From a virus (taxonomy: Duplodnaviria; Caudoviricetes), in the IMG/VR virus record IMGVR_UViG_3300033075_000428, positions 32,001 through 96,000 of that record: a stretch of DNA of 64,000 bases. One strand, written 5' to 3'. Below the pieces are notes generated by a model. The model ran no database searches, was not told where the DNA came from, and saw only the letters and a program-made list of their open reading frames with translations. Below, in pieces: positions 1 to 9,597 of the stretch (position 1 is its first letter; every line of letters begins with the position of its first letter). The position numbers were made by a program, and so were the translations under genes.

Positions 1-540
1 CAATCGTATAATCCATGCTGTCAATCACATACAGCGTCGGTGTGGTGCTCATACCCTATCCTTGTGTTCAGTGCACTTGATTATGCTGTGTCCTGACATC
101 ACGAGTTGCTCTGACAAAGCCAGTGCGTTTTTGACGAATTGGTCTACTATTGCACAGACGATTTGCTCTCTCAACCATTCTTTGTGCTTCTTATTTCGTA
201 TGCGCTTGTTCATGCACGCTCCTTGTGTTCCTTACAACCAAAGTCACTTGGCATATTCAACTTCAAGTACTCACAGTAAGTGATTTGGCATTTAGCACAT
301 GTACTACACTGAGGCATTCCTTCAATGAGTTGGTCATGAGTAGCTCGGATAAACTCTGGTTCACCACGTGAAATATTGCTATCTGGACGTACGTATACAT
401 ACAGGGTCAGTGGCGTGCTCAAGGTATCACTCCAATCTTGATGAGGAACCAAACTTTGATACGTGACCAGAATGATGTACCATATGGGTCTTTCATTGGA
501 ACTGCGTCACTCCACGAACCATCTGGGTTTTGTTGCTTAT

Positions 541-900
541 TCATTTCTTCGTCCATGCTTGAATGATTTTATTGAACTGTTGCTTGTTGTGCGCGTTGGC
601 GGCGGCTTGGGCTTGCTTTTTCGATTTGCATTTGTGTGTTTTTCGTTCGATGCTGTGATACCAGAACCAATGGCCGCCCTCTTCTATAAGAGCGTAGAAT
701 GATCCATGTAGTAATGCGTCCGCACGATCCCACTTGTCCCACTCCAAATCCTTGCATTCAATCGCAGCAATAATCTCGTCTGGAGTAGCAGGACGTTCGA
801 ACTTGACGTCCACATAACCAGTCTCTACGTGCCCTAAATCATAGTCGACATAGTGCTTTTGCTTCATACCTTTTACGTACAATATCTGCTTAGCGCTCAT
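541..900 (-). CDS. hypothetical protein; C-terminal 'CKDLEW...AxxxAxxHN' paralogous domain
   Basis: Packed ORF; CKDLEWD and terminal helix shared with 1533-1769. Confidence 0.7.
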   Translation of the reverse strand: MSAKQILYVKGMKQKHYVDYDLGHVETGYVDVKFERPATPDEIIAAIECKDLEWDKWDRADALLHGSFYALIEEGGHWFWYHSIERKTHKCKSKKQAQAAANAHNKQQFNKIIQAWTKK

Positions 901-904
901 GATA

Positions 905-1153
905 TTAACGTTCTTTCGGTATGTAGTTCATTCGGTAGTCATCTAATAGACGTTTTTGCAATGCGATCATCCGCTCTTGTTCCTCCAGCGTTTTTGCTGC
1001 TTCTTCAATGATAGCTAAGTCTCGTGTCTGTAATCGTTCACATTCCCTTTGTCCTGCTTTGCTACACGCGGTATCACTGCCATGATCACTCACTTCTACT
1101 TCACGCAGTGCTTTGGCTAGTTGTGTAGGTGTCATGATGTTAGTCCTCTCCAT
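905..1153 (-). CDS. hypothetical protein
   Basis: TPxxLAxxLR...AAxxLExQ segment also found in the C-terminal half of 2167-2703. Confidence 0.65.
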   Translation of the reverse strand: MERTNIMTPTQLAKALREVEVSDHGSDTACSKAGQRECERLQTRDLAIIEEAAKTLEEQERMIALQKRLLDDYRMNYIPKER

Positions 1154-1320
1154 GCTCTGGTGATGATGTTAACAGGAAACCAGATAGCTATGGCAACGAG
1201 AATGACGAGTCCTGTGTTTCCATGCATGATGTGGTAGATGACTAACAAGCTATCCCATATGAGAAGCACAACTCCAAATATGAGGAACACAACATCGATG
1301 TTTTTGTTACGAGTACTCAT
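1132..1320 (-). CDS. small two-TM membrane protein
   Basis: Two hydrophobic stretches in 62 aa. Confidence 0.6.
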   Translation of the reverse strand: MSTRNKNIDVVFLIFGVVLLIWDSLLVIYHIMHGNTGLVILVAIAIWFPVNIITRAWRGLTS

Positions 1321-1548
1321 CTAGGTTAACTCCACATCGGTCACAATAGCAAATTTAGTAACACCAGTAAAGCTGTCAGCATCTCGTCCATTATTCCAGT
1401 CAAAGTTCTTAGCACTGCCAATTTCTGGGTCACCATATTTGTGGTCAACGATGACGATGTCATCTTCTTTGACATAGGGAGGCATGAACTCACCAGTATG
1501 ATTGACCAAGTGTTGCCCCTTGACTTTGATTTTCATTCCTTGCCCCAT
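1321..1548 (-). CDS. hypothetical protein, 'HxG...P...W' phage family
   Basis: Pattern shared with 4564-4911 and 5606-5833. Confidence 0.6.
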   Translation of the reverse strand: MGQGMKIKVKGQHLVNHTGEFMPPYVKEDDIVIVDHKYGDPEIGSAKNFDWNNGRDADSFTGVTKFAIVTDVELT

Positions 1549-1769
1549 GTGTCAATCAAGTTCTGGAATGCTTGTCTGTTGAGTTCATTGGCATTGAATT
1601 TAGCTTGGTCTACAGATTCAACAGTCTTGGGATTCTTGTTGTCAAGTGACCATTGCCAATTATTAGTCCCATCTCTCGTAATGAAGAAGTGCCCGATGAT
1701 TCCCATTGCGAAAAGAAGATTCCCATCAACTGAACCATCCCATTCCAAGTCTTTGCATTTGATTTTCAT
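1533..1769 (-). CDS. hypothetical protein ('CKDLEW' family)
   Basis: Start moved to MKIKCKDLEW, which gives an ATGA overlap with the upstream HNH gene. Confidence 0.7.
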   Translation of the reverse strand: MKIKCKDLEWDGSVDGNLLFAMGIIGHFFITRDGTNNWQWSLDNKNPKTVESVDQAKFNANELNRQAFQNLIDTWGKE

Positions 1770-2170
1770 AAGGTTTCCACTTCTTGGTAGAATATCTTCC
1801 ACATCTCTTCAGGATGAATACTATCGAGAAACTTCTCTAGTTTTCGAAGAGTAGCTATTGTCAGTGGCTTTCCTTCACCTATTCCATTGATATCATCTAG
1901 TGACTCTTCAATGCTCATTCCTATTTCTCGAGTGTTCCACCAGTGACGTAGGGTGAATGGCCGACGATTTTCTCCAAGCCAGATGCCTAGCTTTGTTAGC
2001 GACGATGTCGTAATCCTATCGATGCTATGTACCTTACCATGGCATTTCGCACACAGGGTAACAGTCTTAGTGCCACCGAGTGACTTTGGTACAACGTGAT
2101 GCTCATGCAGGTCATAGGTGCTCCTGCATTCGAAACATGTTTTTGCTATGGTGTTTGTGCCTGTGCTCAA
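1766..2170 (-). CDS. HNH endonuclease-domain protein
   Basis: CxxC...HEHHVVPKSLGG...LCxxCHxxVH. Confidence 0.8.
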   Translation of the reverse strand: MSTGTNTIAKTCFECRSTYDLHEHHVVPKSLGGTKTVTLCAKCHGKVHSIDRITTSSLTKLGIWLGENRRPFTLRHWWNTREIGMSIEESLDDINGIGEGKPLTIATLRKLEKFLDSIHPEEMWKIFYQEVETL

Positions 2171-2703
2171 CTCGTCTGAGTATCAATTGACTTCGTAATC
2201 TTCTGAATGACATCTGCAAGAGGCTTGAACATTGCGTGCAATTGAGACTGCTCAATTGCTGAGCGCAGTTGCTCGAGTAACTCCCATTGATGCTTTATCG
2301 TCTTCTCAAGAGAGATGATTAGTAGTGACTGGCCTTCTAACATCGAAGCAGCATGTAGCACTATTGCATCAAACTCATTTTTGTTGTATGAGTTAACGCA
2401 ACGTAGCTCGTGAGCCAACTCTTCTGGTGTCTTCTTCCCAGGAAGTGGCGACGGTATCTCGTCGCTCTTACTGACACAAGGGATACACATGCTTGGGCTA
2501 CGTGAACCAGTGGTGAGTTCATCTTTCACAGTTGCTGTGTCTGACCATGCGTGGACAGTGAATGCCCATCCCTTTGAGATTCTTCTTCGAAGAGCATTGA
2601 CTGTTAGACGTTCACAGTAGTAGTGTTGACGTAAGCTGTATTCAACAAACACTACTCCTTCAACGGGCAATGTCTTCATCGGTTGCGGATTGACTAGCTT
2701 CAT
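2167..2703 (-). CDS. hypothetical fusion protein ('PQPMxTLP' domain + coiled-coil)
   Basis: N-terminus matches 6134, 6563 and 61518; C-terminus matches 905. Confidence 0.7.
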   Translation of the reverse strand: MKLVNPQPMKTLPVEGVVFVEYSLRQHYYCERLTVNALRRRISKGWAFTVHAWSDTATVKDELTTGSRSPSMCIPCVSKSDEIPSPLPGKKTPEELAHELRCVNSYNKNEFDAIVLHAASMLEGQSLLIISLEKTIKHQWELLEQLRSAIEQSQLHAMFKPLADVIQKITKSIDTQTS

Positions 2704-2960
2704 TGTCTACCAGAATGAATAGGGTTCGGACAGTCTCCCGCATGCAGCATTGTGGCAGTTTCAGAGTAGTAAGGTGACCAATGATGGAAAAATACATAGT
2801 CACAACCACGAACGCGCTTGATTTGTGGTTCCCATTCATCACGCTTTTTGGGCTGAGTTACTGAATCCTTACGCTCAGTCACAGTTGATACTGTTTGTTT
2901 CTCAGAGCTACAACCTACTACCAAAAGTAGAATAGTAGCGAGAATGAGGTGACGTTTCAT
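2700..2960 (-). CDS. putative lipoprotein
   Basis: MKR + hydrophobic core + lipobox VVGC. Confidence 0.6.
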   Translation of the reverse strand: MKRHLILATILLLVVGCSSEKQTVSTVTERKDSVTQPKKRDEWEPQIKRVRGCDYVFFHHWSPYYSETATMLHAGDCPNPIHSGRQ

Positions 2961-3357
2961 TTGGCATCCTTTGATGTTTGATTGTGGTAGTTACAGGAGT
3001 CGTTGTATATGTCCAGTTTACAACCACTGTTGTTGCTTTCTTTACTATTGCAGAACCAGTACTTGCGAGGATAGCATGATGAACTCTCGTAAGAGATTTT
3101 CTTTAGAGTGCAAGTTTCACAGGTCTTCATTTGGCAACCTTCTTGGCTTTCTTGCGTGCTTTCCTTGACTTACTGGTCTTGCGTCCCTTGAATGGCGTCT
3201 CCTCTTTAGGAGCTTCAGTCTTCCCAGTACGCTTGGGTGGTGCATAACCTGTGATGTCTTCTACAGACTTCTTGAGTGTACCTTCGAAATCATATCCACC
3301 CCCAAGTAGGAGTCCAGCAAGAATGATGTCAGATGCCTTCATTGAGATGCTTACTCC

Positions 3358-3582
3358 TTATCGTGCTGAACATTTTGGGCAAGGACAACTGATTCCATGG
3401 ACACAAATTCCACCACCAACTCGAATACCAGTACCATGACACTCGGGACATTGGTCATGGAGACAGGGTTGCCAATCAGGCTTCTGATTTACTTGCTCCA
3501 AGTGCTCACGCTGCCGCTTTCTGAGTTCACGTTCGTACTCTTCACGATTGACGTTATTAGATTGACCCCAACTCATGTTCAC
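3358..3582 (-). CDS. small Cys-rich (Zn-binding) protein
   Basis: CxHxxCPECHGTG...CxH..SCPCPKC. Confidence 0.65.
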   Translation of the reverse strand: MNMSWGQSNNVNREEYERELRKRQREHLEQVNQKPDWQPCLHDQCPECHGTGIRVGGGICVHGISCPCPKCSAR

Positions 3583-3598
3583 TCCTTGTGTTTAACTC

Positions 3599-4000
3599 TC
3601 AAAACTTGTCTTGTATCTCTCTGAGTACTAGAAGACCGAGAATCACTGCTGATGGCCAATACCACCCATTGCTAGCGAGTACATAAATGGCGTAAATTGA
3701 GATGCCATAAATGAATGCTCTAATGGGTACACCAATCAAAAGCAGAAGAATCTTCCGATTTCTTTCCTCAACATATGCTTCGTGGTAGTAGTATCTACCA
3801 GGAACATGTACTCCTTCGGGCATAGTCAAGTTCAACATCTCTGCTGCGTGAACTGCTTCATGTTTGAACGGAAAAGAAAAGTAACGAGCAGTCGTGTCCT
3901 TTTCCGCAAAACGAACATAAACCCACTTGCGTTTTGCTAGGACAAAATAGACAACCCAGCGTTCTTTACGCAGAAGAGATGTTAGGAGTGGGATGCGCAT
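3599..4000 (-). CDS. hypothetical membrane protein
   Basis: C-terminal hydrophobic helices. Confidence 0.6.
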   Translation of the reverse strand: MRIPLLTSLLRKERWVVYFVLAKRKWVYVRFAEKDTTARYFSFPFKHEAVHAAEMLNLTMPEGVHVPGRYYYHEAYVEERNRKILLLLIGVPIRAFIYGISIYAIYVLASNGWYWPSAVILGLLVLREIQDKF

Positions 4001-4003
4001 CGT

Positions 4004-4567
4004 TCAATTGCCTCTGTTCGATTTCATCTGTAAGAGACGTTGAGCTTGGTAGTGAGTCTCACAAAGTTGCTTTGCACGTTCGTGGAAAGGTGAATCACCT
4101 TCGCAGAGTACACCTTCCTCGTCAGAAACGAATCTCCAAGTATAGATACTGTTGCTATTCCTAGTGACTCGATAGTATGTACCCTGTATTAACCCCTCAG
4201 CATAGGCACTGCCAGAAGGGTGTGTTTCCCATAGAAGTTTCTCAGAAGTGACCACAACTTTCTCAGTCCAAGATTCAATATTGGCAATCAGTTTATTGAA
4301 CTCATCCCTATTGTGCTCGTCACAGATTGATTTTGCGTCAGCAAACGAATATGATTCACCGATTGTACTGCTTGCGTTGATTCCAAACTGCTTAAATTCG
4401 ATGACGATTATCTCTGGCAAGAATCCAAGTGTGTAGTACCCTGTGATACCCTTATACGAGAGAGCAGTAAACTCTTTCGGTTCACCATTTACTTGAAAGA
4501 AACGTGATTCATGCTCTCCGTTTTCAAGCTCCTTACACGTCCTATTGAACTTATCAGACATGCTCAT
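4004..4567 (-). CDS. hypothetical protein with two copies of the 'AKxxCxxH' domain
   Basis: DAKSICDEHN and RAKQLCETHY repeats. Confidence 0.65.
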   Translation of the reverse strand: MSMSDKFNRTCKELENGEHESRFFQVNGEPKEFTALSYKGITGYYTLGFLPEIIVIEFKQFGINASSTIGESYSFADAKSICDEHNRDEFNKLIANIESWTEKVVVTSEKLLWETHPSGSAYAEGLIQGTYYRVTRNSNSIYTWRFVSDEEGVLCEGDSPFHERAKQLCETHYQAQRLLQMKSNRGN

Positions 4568-4911
4568 TCGCCCTTCTTCTTCTTCTTTTTGACAGTCACC
4601 TTAGCAGACTTGTTCTCAGTTCTCACCAACTTCCCTGTCGTTCTGTCACGATACATTGGAAGTTTCAGTACAGTAGGTGGCTTCTCCTCTTTCTGCTTCT
4701 TCTTGCTCTTCACCTTGATTTGTATCGGCATATACCACAAGACGTCGTCTTGAGGAACAAGTAATCCCCATTCCCAGAAGTAACAAATTGCAGTGGAAGC
4801 TGAGATGCGACCGTCTCGATGTTTACACAGCACAATCTGGCTGTCGGGGACAGGTGATTCCCCACCATGGTGGGGAATGAATTCAGACTCATCAACCTTC
4901 AACGTTACCAT
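4564..4911 (-). CDS. hypothetical protein ('HxGG..P' family, Lys-rich tail)
   Basis: HHGGESP...RDG...WEW. Confidence 0.65.
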   Translation of the reverse strand: MVTLKVDESEFIPHHGGESPVPDSQIVLCKHRDGRISASTAICYFWEWGLLVPQDDVLWYMPIQIKVKSKKKQKEEKPPTVLKLPMYRDRTTGKLVRTENKSAKVTVKKKKKKGE

Positions 4912-5428
4912 TGCTTAGTTCCTTGTGTTCTCCATACCACCTGTCCCGTTCTCTTGTCGCTTCATCAAATGCGTCAAGACAGTTCAACAGATACTTTGCC
5001 AATACGAAGTCAGGAGTGTTCGAACTATTCTCTGCTGAGTTCATGTTAATGGCCGCTCTGACCGCTTCGCCCAGCCCGTCTGGCTCTGAGAGGAACGAAA
5101 AGGAGTCTGTTGCAGCAAACTTTCCGCTAAGATTAGGAGAGCTGATAGGAGACCAAGCGAAGATTCCAAATCCGTGTTGAACCTTGTCAATGGCGAAAGA
5201 TGTTGTTTTACCATTCCACATCAGCACATTCACTTCATTGTATTCGTTTGCGTCTTTCTTTGTTGGTAACTGCTTATTCAGTGGTATCCAAATTGTAGAC
5301 TTTTCAAGTGCATTAGCTAGTGCTGAAAACATCTTGTAGTCATACATGTATGTTTCTTCATCACCATACCTTGCTTTGTCACGAAGATATGCTGCCAGTG
5401 TACTTCTGGTGAGTTCCGTAAGGTACAT
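4892..5428 (-). CDS. DUF551-like domain + 'SAENxSNTPDF' domain protein
   Basis: WIPLNKQLP pattern; segment shared with 60864-61514. Confidence 0.6.
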   Translation of the reverse strand: MYLTELTRSTLAAYLRDKARYGDEETYMYDYKMFSALANALEKSTIWIPLNKQLPTKKDANEYNEVNVLMWNGKTTSFAIDKVQHGFGIFAWSPISSPNLSGKFAATDSFSFLSEPDGLGEAVRAAINMNSAENSSNTPDFVLAKYLLNCLDAFDEATRERDRWYGEHKELSNGNVEG

Positions 5429-5605
5429 ATCGAGATGGTCTCAAAGATTATGAAAAGAGTCGTACAATCAAGTATACAGGGAATGCGACACAGATAGCAA
5501 TCAGCGTCAGCACTCCACCGAATACGAAAGCGTACGCTAGAAACTTACCGAAGAGCGTTTCTGCTCCAAACAGTTCTGGTATTGAACTTCGGGAAACATC
5601 AAAAC

Positions 5606-5833
5606 TCATTGTTCTACCTCAAATTCAACTGGAAGATAGTGAGTGATTCTCTCACCTGGATTTGACACGTCAGCCCATTCCCACGTCCAAAGTTCAGGAA
5701 GACCAAGGGTGAATCTGCCGTCACGTTCTAACACTAGAACATAGGTGCCGTCATACTTGGAAGGCCGATGCCCACCGTTGTGGACAAACATGTTCTTCTT
5801 GTCAATTGTGATCTTCATCACGTTTACTTTCAA
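5606..5833 (-). CDS. hypothetical protein ('HxGG..P' family)
   Basis: HNGGHRP...RDG...WEW. Confidence 0.6.
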   Translation of the reverse strand: MKVNVMKITIDKKNMFVHNGGHRPSKYDGTYVLVLERDGRFTLGLPELWTWEWADVSNPGERITHYLPVEFEVEQ

Positions 5834-6155
5834 GAGTCATTCGCTCATAGATTATGAACTCAGGTTCTGATTGCAAAATCTCAGCGTCTGCTGGGACTTC
5901 TGGAAAGAACTTGACATCATTAATATCTATCTCATTGACAGTAACAATTGTCTGACCTAATTTCAGTCCTGCTGAAAAGTCATAAAGTGCAGAGTGCACC
6001 CAGTTAAGGAGTTGCTCTTTTGATGCAAACTTTATGTTTGTGCTGATATCAATTGTTCCTTCGGTACATCCGTCAGAATCTAGGTCAATATCAATGGCAA
6101 AATGAAAACACATAATACTCTCTCTGTTGGTTATTATACAATCTCGTGAGACCAC
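5802..6155 (-). CDS. hypothetical protein
   Basis: Packed ORF; start uncertain. Confidence 0.5.
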   Translation of the reverse strand: MVSRDCIITNRESIMCFHFAIDIDLDSDGCTEGTIDISTNIKFASKEQLLNWVHSALYDFSAGLKLGQTIVTVNEIDINDVKFFPEVPADAEILQSEPEFIIYERMTLESKRDEDHN

Positions 6156-6559
6156 GCATGAACTTTGATATAAATTCCTGAAGTACTCTGTGGTTTACGA
6201 AATGCGGAAGCGTCACCACGTTGCACCTTTCGCAATGATTCTATCGATGCAGCAAAAGTATACTCCACATCAGCCCATACTTCACCACTCTCAGGAAGAG
6301 TGTCGGTTGGCTGTGGATTCAACAGACGAACGTGTTCGTCAGCAACTGATGCGGCGTATGCCCATGCAAGGAATTCACCTGTTCTACCACTGCCACTACG
6401 AAACAACATTTCATAGTCGCTAAACTCGAACAAACCTATGCTAGGTGGTCGTGGAGAAGAGTCCCAAGGTTGCTGTAAGATATACTCAAAGTGCAATCGA
6501 GTACCATCGCGAAAACTCTCTGGGAGAGTACTCATTGGTTGTGGGTCAATTAGCCGCAT
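6134..6559 (-). CDS. hypothetical protein, tandem 'PQPxxTLP' domains
   Basis: RLIDPQPMSTLP...AWA and RLLNPQPTDTLP...AWS. Confidence 0.7.
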   Translation of the reverse strand: MRLIDPQPMSTLPESFRDGTRLHFEYILQQPWDSSPRPPSIGLFEFSDYEMLFRSGSGRTGEFLAWAYAASVADEHVRLLNPQPTDTLPESGEVWADVEYTFAASIESLRKVQRGDASAFRKPQSTSGIYIKVHAWSHEIV

Positions 6560-6562
6560 CGC

Positions 6563-6757
6563 TTAATCCTTTACGGTTGCAGTGTGTGACCATGCAACCC
6601 CAACGTAGTTAGGGAGTTTTAGAAGTGCATTTACAACACGTACTCTTTCTTCTTTTGTATATCGAAATATTCCGTTTGAGTTTGTGCGCTCAAATTCCCA
6701 GAATACTCTCCCGTCTTCTGGTAACGTCTCCATTGGTTTTGGGTCAACGAGCTTCAT
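6563..6757 (-). CDS. hypothetical protein, 'PxPMxTLP' domain
   Basis: Start moved to MKLVDPKPMETLP; ends AWSHTATVKD, like the 2167 domain. Confidence 0.7.
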   Translation of the reverse strand: MKLVDPKPMETLPEDGRVFWEFERTNSNGIFRYTKEERVRVVNALLKLPNYVGVAWSHTATVKD

Positions 6758-6937
6758 TGTTTTCTCCACTCCTCTCGGTGTGCTGGATGTGTCCACAATG
6801 GACTGCAGATAGCTTGGTCTGCGTAGTACTGTCGAAGTTCCTTTGGAATGGTCTTGTTGTACATGCCATCAAGGCACCACTGAAACCACCAAAGGTCAAA
6901 TCTGGTTTGTCACGAAACGTTGAACGCGTAGAACATT

Positions 6938-7054
6938 TTAGTCCTGCTCTTCAACGACACCAGTACCGTTGCAAATTGGACATTCCATGCCTTCTCCCAA
7001 ACCGTCTTCAGGAAGATAACCGTTGCCAGGGCATTCTGGGCATTCTACTTCCAT
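6938..7054 (-). CDS. 38-aa DnaJ-type Zn-finger peptide (not in ORF track)
   Basis: Hand translation MEVECPECPGNG...CPICNGTG; AAGGAG RBS upstream. Confidence 0.6.
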   Translation of the reverse strand: MEVECPECPGNGYLPEDGLGEGMECPICNGTGVVEEQD

Positions 7055-7106
7055 CACTGTTTCTCCTTGTTAGTTGCCTGTAATTTTGCTTGTTCTGCTT
7101 TCCACT

Positions 7107-7436
7107 TCATGTTGCTGAGTCCTCAGTAGGCTGTTGACTACCACTAATGATGTTAGTGATTGGTCGTACAATGCTCAACGCTGATTCAATCGCTCCGTTT
7201 GGCCAGCCTTCGTCTCTTGACACTCGAGCTTCCCACTCCAAAGCTGGTACCAACTTTACAAGATTGTTCCAGTCAACAGTAGAATCAGCAATGTTCAGTC
7301 CAATGGCTCTTTTGATTGCAATGTCTTCATGAATACAACTGATGGTTTGCCAACCGTTCGTCACATCCCAACTACCCTCAGCATTCTTCTTTGCTTGCCA
7401 ATTCCCAACACTGCTGTTTTCAATTTTGTCACTCAT
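7107..7436 (-). CDS. hypothetical protein ('(A/V)DSGV' family)
   Basis: AIGLNIADSTVD motif. Confidence 0.65.
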   Translation of the reverse strand: MSDKIENSSVGNWQAKKNAEGSWDVTNGWQTISCIHEDIAIKRAIGLNIADSTVDWNNLVKLVPALEWEARVSRDEGWPNGAIESALSIVRPITNIISGSQQPTEDSAT

Positions 7437-8313
7437 AGTCCTCTTGCCTTAAGTTGTTTATAGTTTCTCGTGCATGTAGAAATTTCAATTCAGTCAGTGA
7501 CCACAGGAAGTCCTCACTGTAGATTGTATCTTTCAGTGTTGGTACTTGACCTGCTTCGTATGCAATTCGTGCAGCTTCCTCACGTTCAACGAAGCGATTC
7601 GTAGAAGTAAGAAATCCTTGCACGTCGTCACGAGACGGAAGTCCAGAAACAGCATGGTACTGTGACATTGCAAACCCATGTCCAACTCCAGCAAACACAA
7701 TGCCTTTGTCAATGTTACAGGGACGATGTACAACTACTCGCTTACCAACATAGTTGGGATACCAAACAGCAGAACACACCAAGCGTTCTTTCGAATCTGC
7801 TCCCCAAACTGGGTATTCTGGCTCATCAACGTCAGGACTCTCAGAAAGCTTAGGATTGTGCCTCAACAAGATGATGAGTTCAAGAATTCTTGCTGTACGA
7901 TGAGCTTGTGCTAAATGCCCGTATCCTGTAATACCTTGTGACAAACCTGCTGCATGTAGCGCTTCCGTCATCTCTTCATCAGTGAGCACACCACCAAACT
8001 TTCGTTTAGACTGGAGGTTCAGATTCATCTGGTCATGGTCTTCATTGTTAAGAGCAGTATCTATCTCTTTGAGGAACCGAAGGACTGCTCTCATTTCTGT
8101 GCCAAATTGTCTGTCGTCTCTCCGCAAACAAGATTCAAGAATGTCACACAACAGTGTGACTTCACCAAGCTCAACACCAGCGTCAGCTACCATCAGAGCA
8201 GTTCTACGCAAACCAGCAAGATGCTCATTTGTACCACAGAGTACTTTGCTCATGCCTTGTTCAACAACCCACTGACCACTGGACTCTTCCAGATACGTCC
8301 AATTTGAACTCAT
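7429..8313 (-). CDS. hypothetical fusion: 'DSGV' domain + conserved phage 'QGFLTS.RFV.R.EA..IA..AGQ...SED' domain
   Basis: Motifs read directly from the translation. Confidence 0.7.
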   Translation of the reverse strand: MSSNWTYLEESSGQWVVEQGMSKVLCGTNEHLAGLRRTALMVADAGVELGEVTLLCDILESCLRRDDRQFGTEMRAVLRFLKEIDTALNNEDHDQMNLNLQSKRKFGGVLTDEEMTEALHAAGLSQGITGYGHLAQAHRTARILELIILLRHNPKLSESPDVDEPEYPVWGADSKERLVCSAVWYPNYVGKRVVVHRPCNIDKGIVFAGVGHGFAMSQYHAVSGLPSRDDVQGFLTSTNRFVEREEAARIAYEAGQVPTLKDTIYSEDFLWSLTELKFLHARETINNLRQEDYE

Positions 8314-8675
8314 TTTCCTTCCTCCGATGATTCTGGTGGAATGGGGATAATCTTGACCTTAGCAATTGAGCGAAGGTAACGCATTAGCAGGTCGTATACA
8401 CTTCGCTCAATAGTAACATAGTCTTCATCACCTTGCGCTGTATCATACAACTCTTGACTAATGGCGTCTGCTTTGCTTAGGTCAACACCAGAATCTACCA
8501 CGGCTAATGCAATTGCATACAGCTTTGCTTTCTCTTCTGTCAAGTTTGGGACTGCTCCCTTGTTGGTCAATTTGAAGAGTGAGTTCTCAACACTGAAGAC
8601 AACACCATTACCAGTTACTTTCCAATTAGTCTTAGGAGTGTTGCTTGTTGGAATACTATTTGCTGGAATGCTCAC
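8310..8675 (-). CDS. hypothetical protein ('DSGV' family)
   Basis: AIALAVVDSGVDL. Confidence 0.65.
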   Translation of the reverse strand: MSIPANSIPTSNTPKTNWKVTGNGVVFSVENSLFKLTNKGAVPNLTEEKAKLYAIALAVVDSGVDLSKADAISQELYDTAQGDEDYVTIERSVYDLLMRYLRSIAKVKIIPIPPESSEEGK

Positions 8676-9089
8676 TTACTTGTCTCCAAAATCTGGGTCA
8701 ATGTCAAGCTCCGAGTCACCTTCAAAGTTGAAGTCCCACGTGTCGTCTTCAGGTTCTTTAGAATTGTCTTCTCCACGAAACTTGTCTGCAAGTCTCTGCA
8801 GAGCAAAGTGAATCAGCGTTGGTTCACGGTCTCCGAGACCACCGTCCTTCCAAAGCTTATGTGCTCTCTTGAAGTTCTCTTCAGCAATGACAAAGTCTTC
8901 TGGGTCTAACAGTTGTCCACTCTGAATGCGTCTTGCCCAATGTCCAGGGATGATAGTAACAGGAATGGGATACAATACATCCTCAGTCTGAATTGTCGTT
9001 GCGTTGACTATTGCGTTCTCCCCACCCAGAAGGTCGGCCAACTCATTCGCATCAGACCATCCCTCTAGAACATTGCATGAAGTACTCAT
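8676..9089 (-). CDS. hypothetical protein, paralogue of 9286-9597
   Basis: PVTIIPGHWARRIQSGQLL vs PCTLISGNWTERIKSGELL. Confidence 0.7.
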   Translation of the reverse strand: MSTSCNVLEGWSDANELADLLGGENAIVNATTIQTEDVLYPIPVTIIPGHWARRIQSGQLLDPEDFVIAEENFKRAHKLWKDGGLGDREPTLIHFALQRLADKFRGEDNSKEPEDDTWDFNFEGDSELDIDPDFGDK

Positions 9090-9285
9090 GTGGTTGTCCG
9101 TTGTGATAATGCGGATTTAAGTACATTTACTGTAGCTTCCGAACTGACATCGTTGTCGTGAATTCCAATTAGTCGATCATTGACATACAGACCATAACTG
9201 TGGTCGTGGCCAGCATTCATTTGCTTCGATTCAATCTTGGGCATCGGGATCAACCCGTATGCTGTCATCGCTTCTTCTCGTGTCA

Positions 9286-9597
9286 TCACACATCCCCTGT
9301 CATTTTGTCGGCAATAGTTTTCATGAGCATGTGCTCCCATGAAGGCTCTTCCTCTTTGGGTCTACCTTTGTCCACCCATTTATCCAACTCGTTCAAATAA
9401 TCGTAACGAGTAAGACTGAGTTCTTCAACTGTGAGCAACTCACCACTCTTTATTCTCTCAGTCCAATTTCCTGAAATCAACGTACAAGGGTGGTCACCTT
9501 TCTCTTCTGGTATCTTAACGCCAATGTCACAAGGGATGTTAAGATTCTCAAGAGAGATGTGTTTGATTCCGCCGTCTCGTGGTTCAAATGTGGTCAT
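9286..9597 (-). CDS. hypothetical protein, paralogue of 8676-9089
   Basis: As for 8676-9089, plus shared W.D.G...EP...ADK. Confidence 0.7.
   Translation of the reverse strand: MTTFEPRDGGIKHISLENLNIPCDIGVKIPEEKGDHPCTLISGNWTERIKSGELLTVEELSLTRYDYLNELDKWVDKGRPKEEEPSWEHMLMKTIADKMTGDV

Noticed and set aside
1766-2170. HNH genes (also 59717-60127) as intron-encoded homing endonucleases
   Set aside because: Both are free-standing, tightly packed between intact neighbours; no split host gene or intron structure was seen.
6754-6936. Possible TGA readthrough/alternative genetic code (MFYAFNVS*QTRFDLWW...)
   Set aside because: This is a single case. TGA, TAG and TAA all terminate well-defined genes throughout and long genes are uninterrupted. 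A downstream ATG or a point nonsense mutation explains it.
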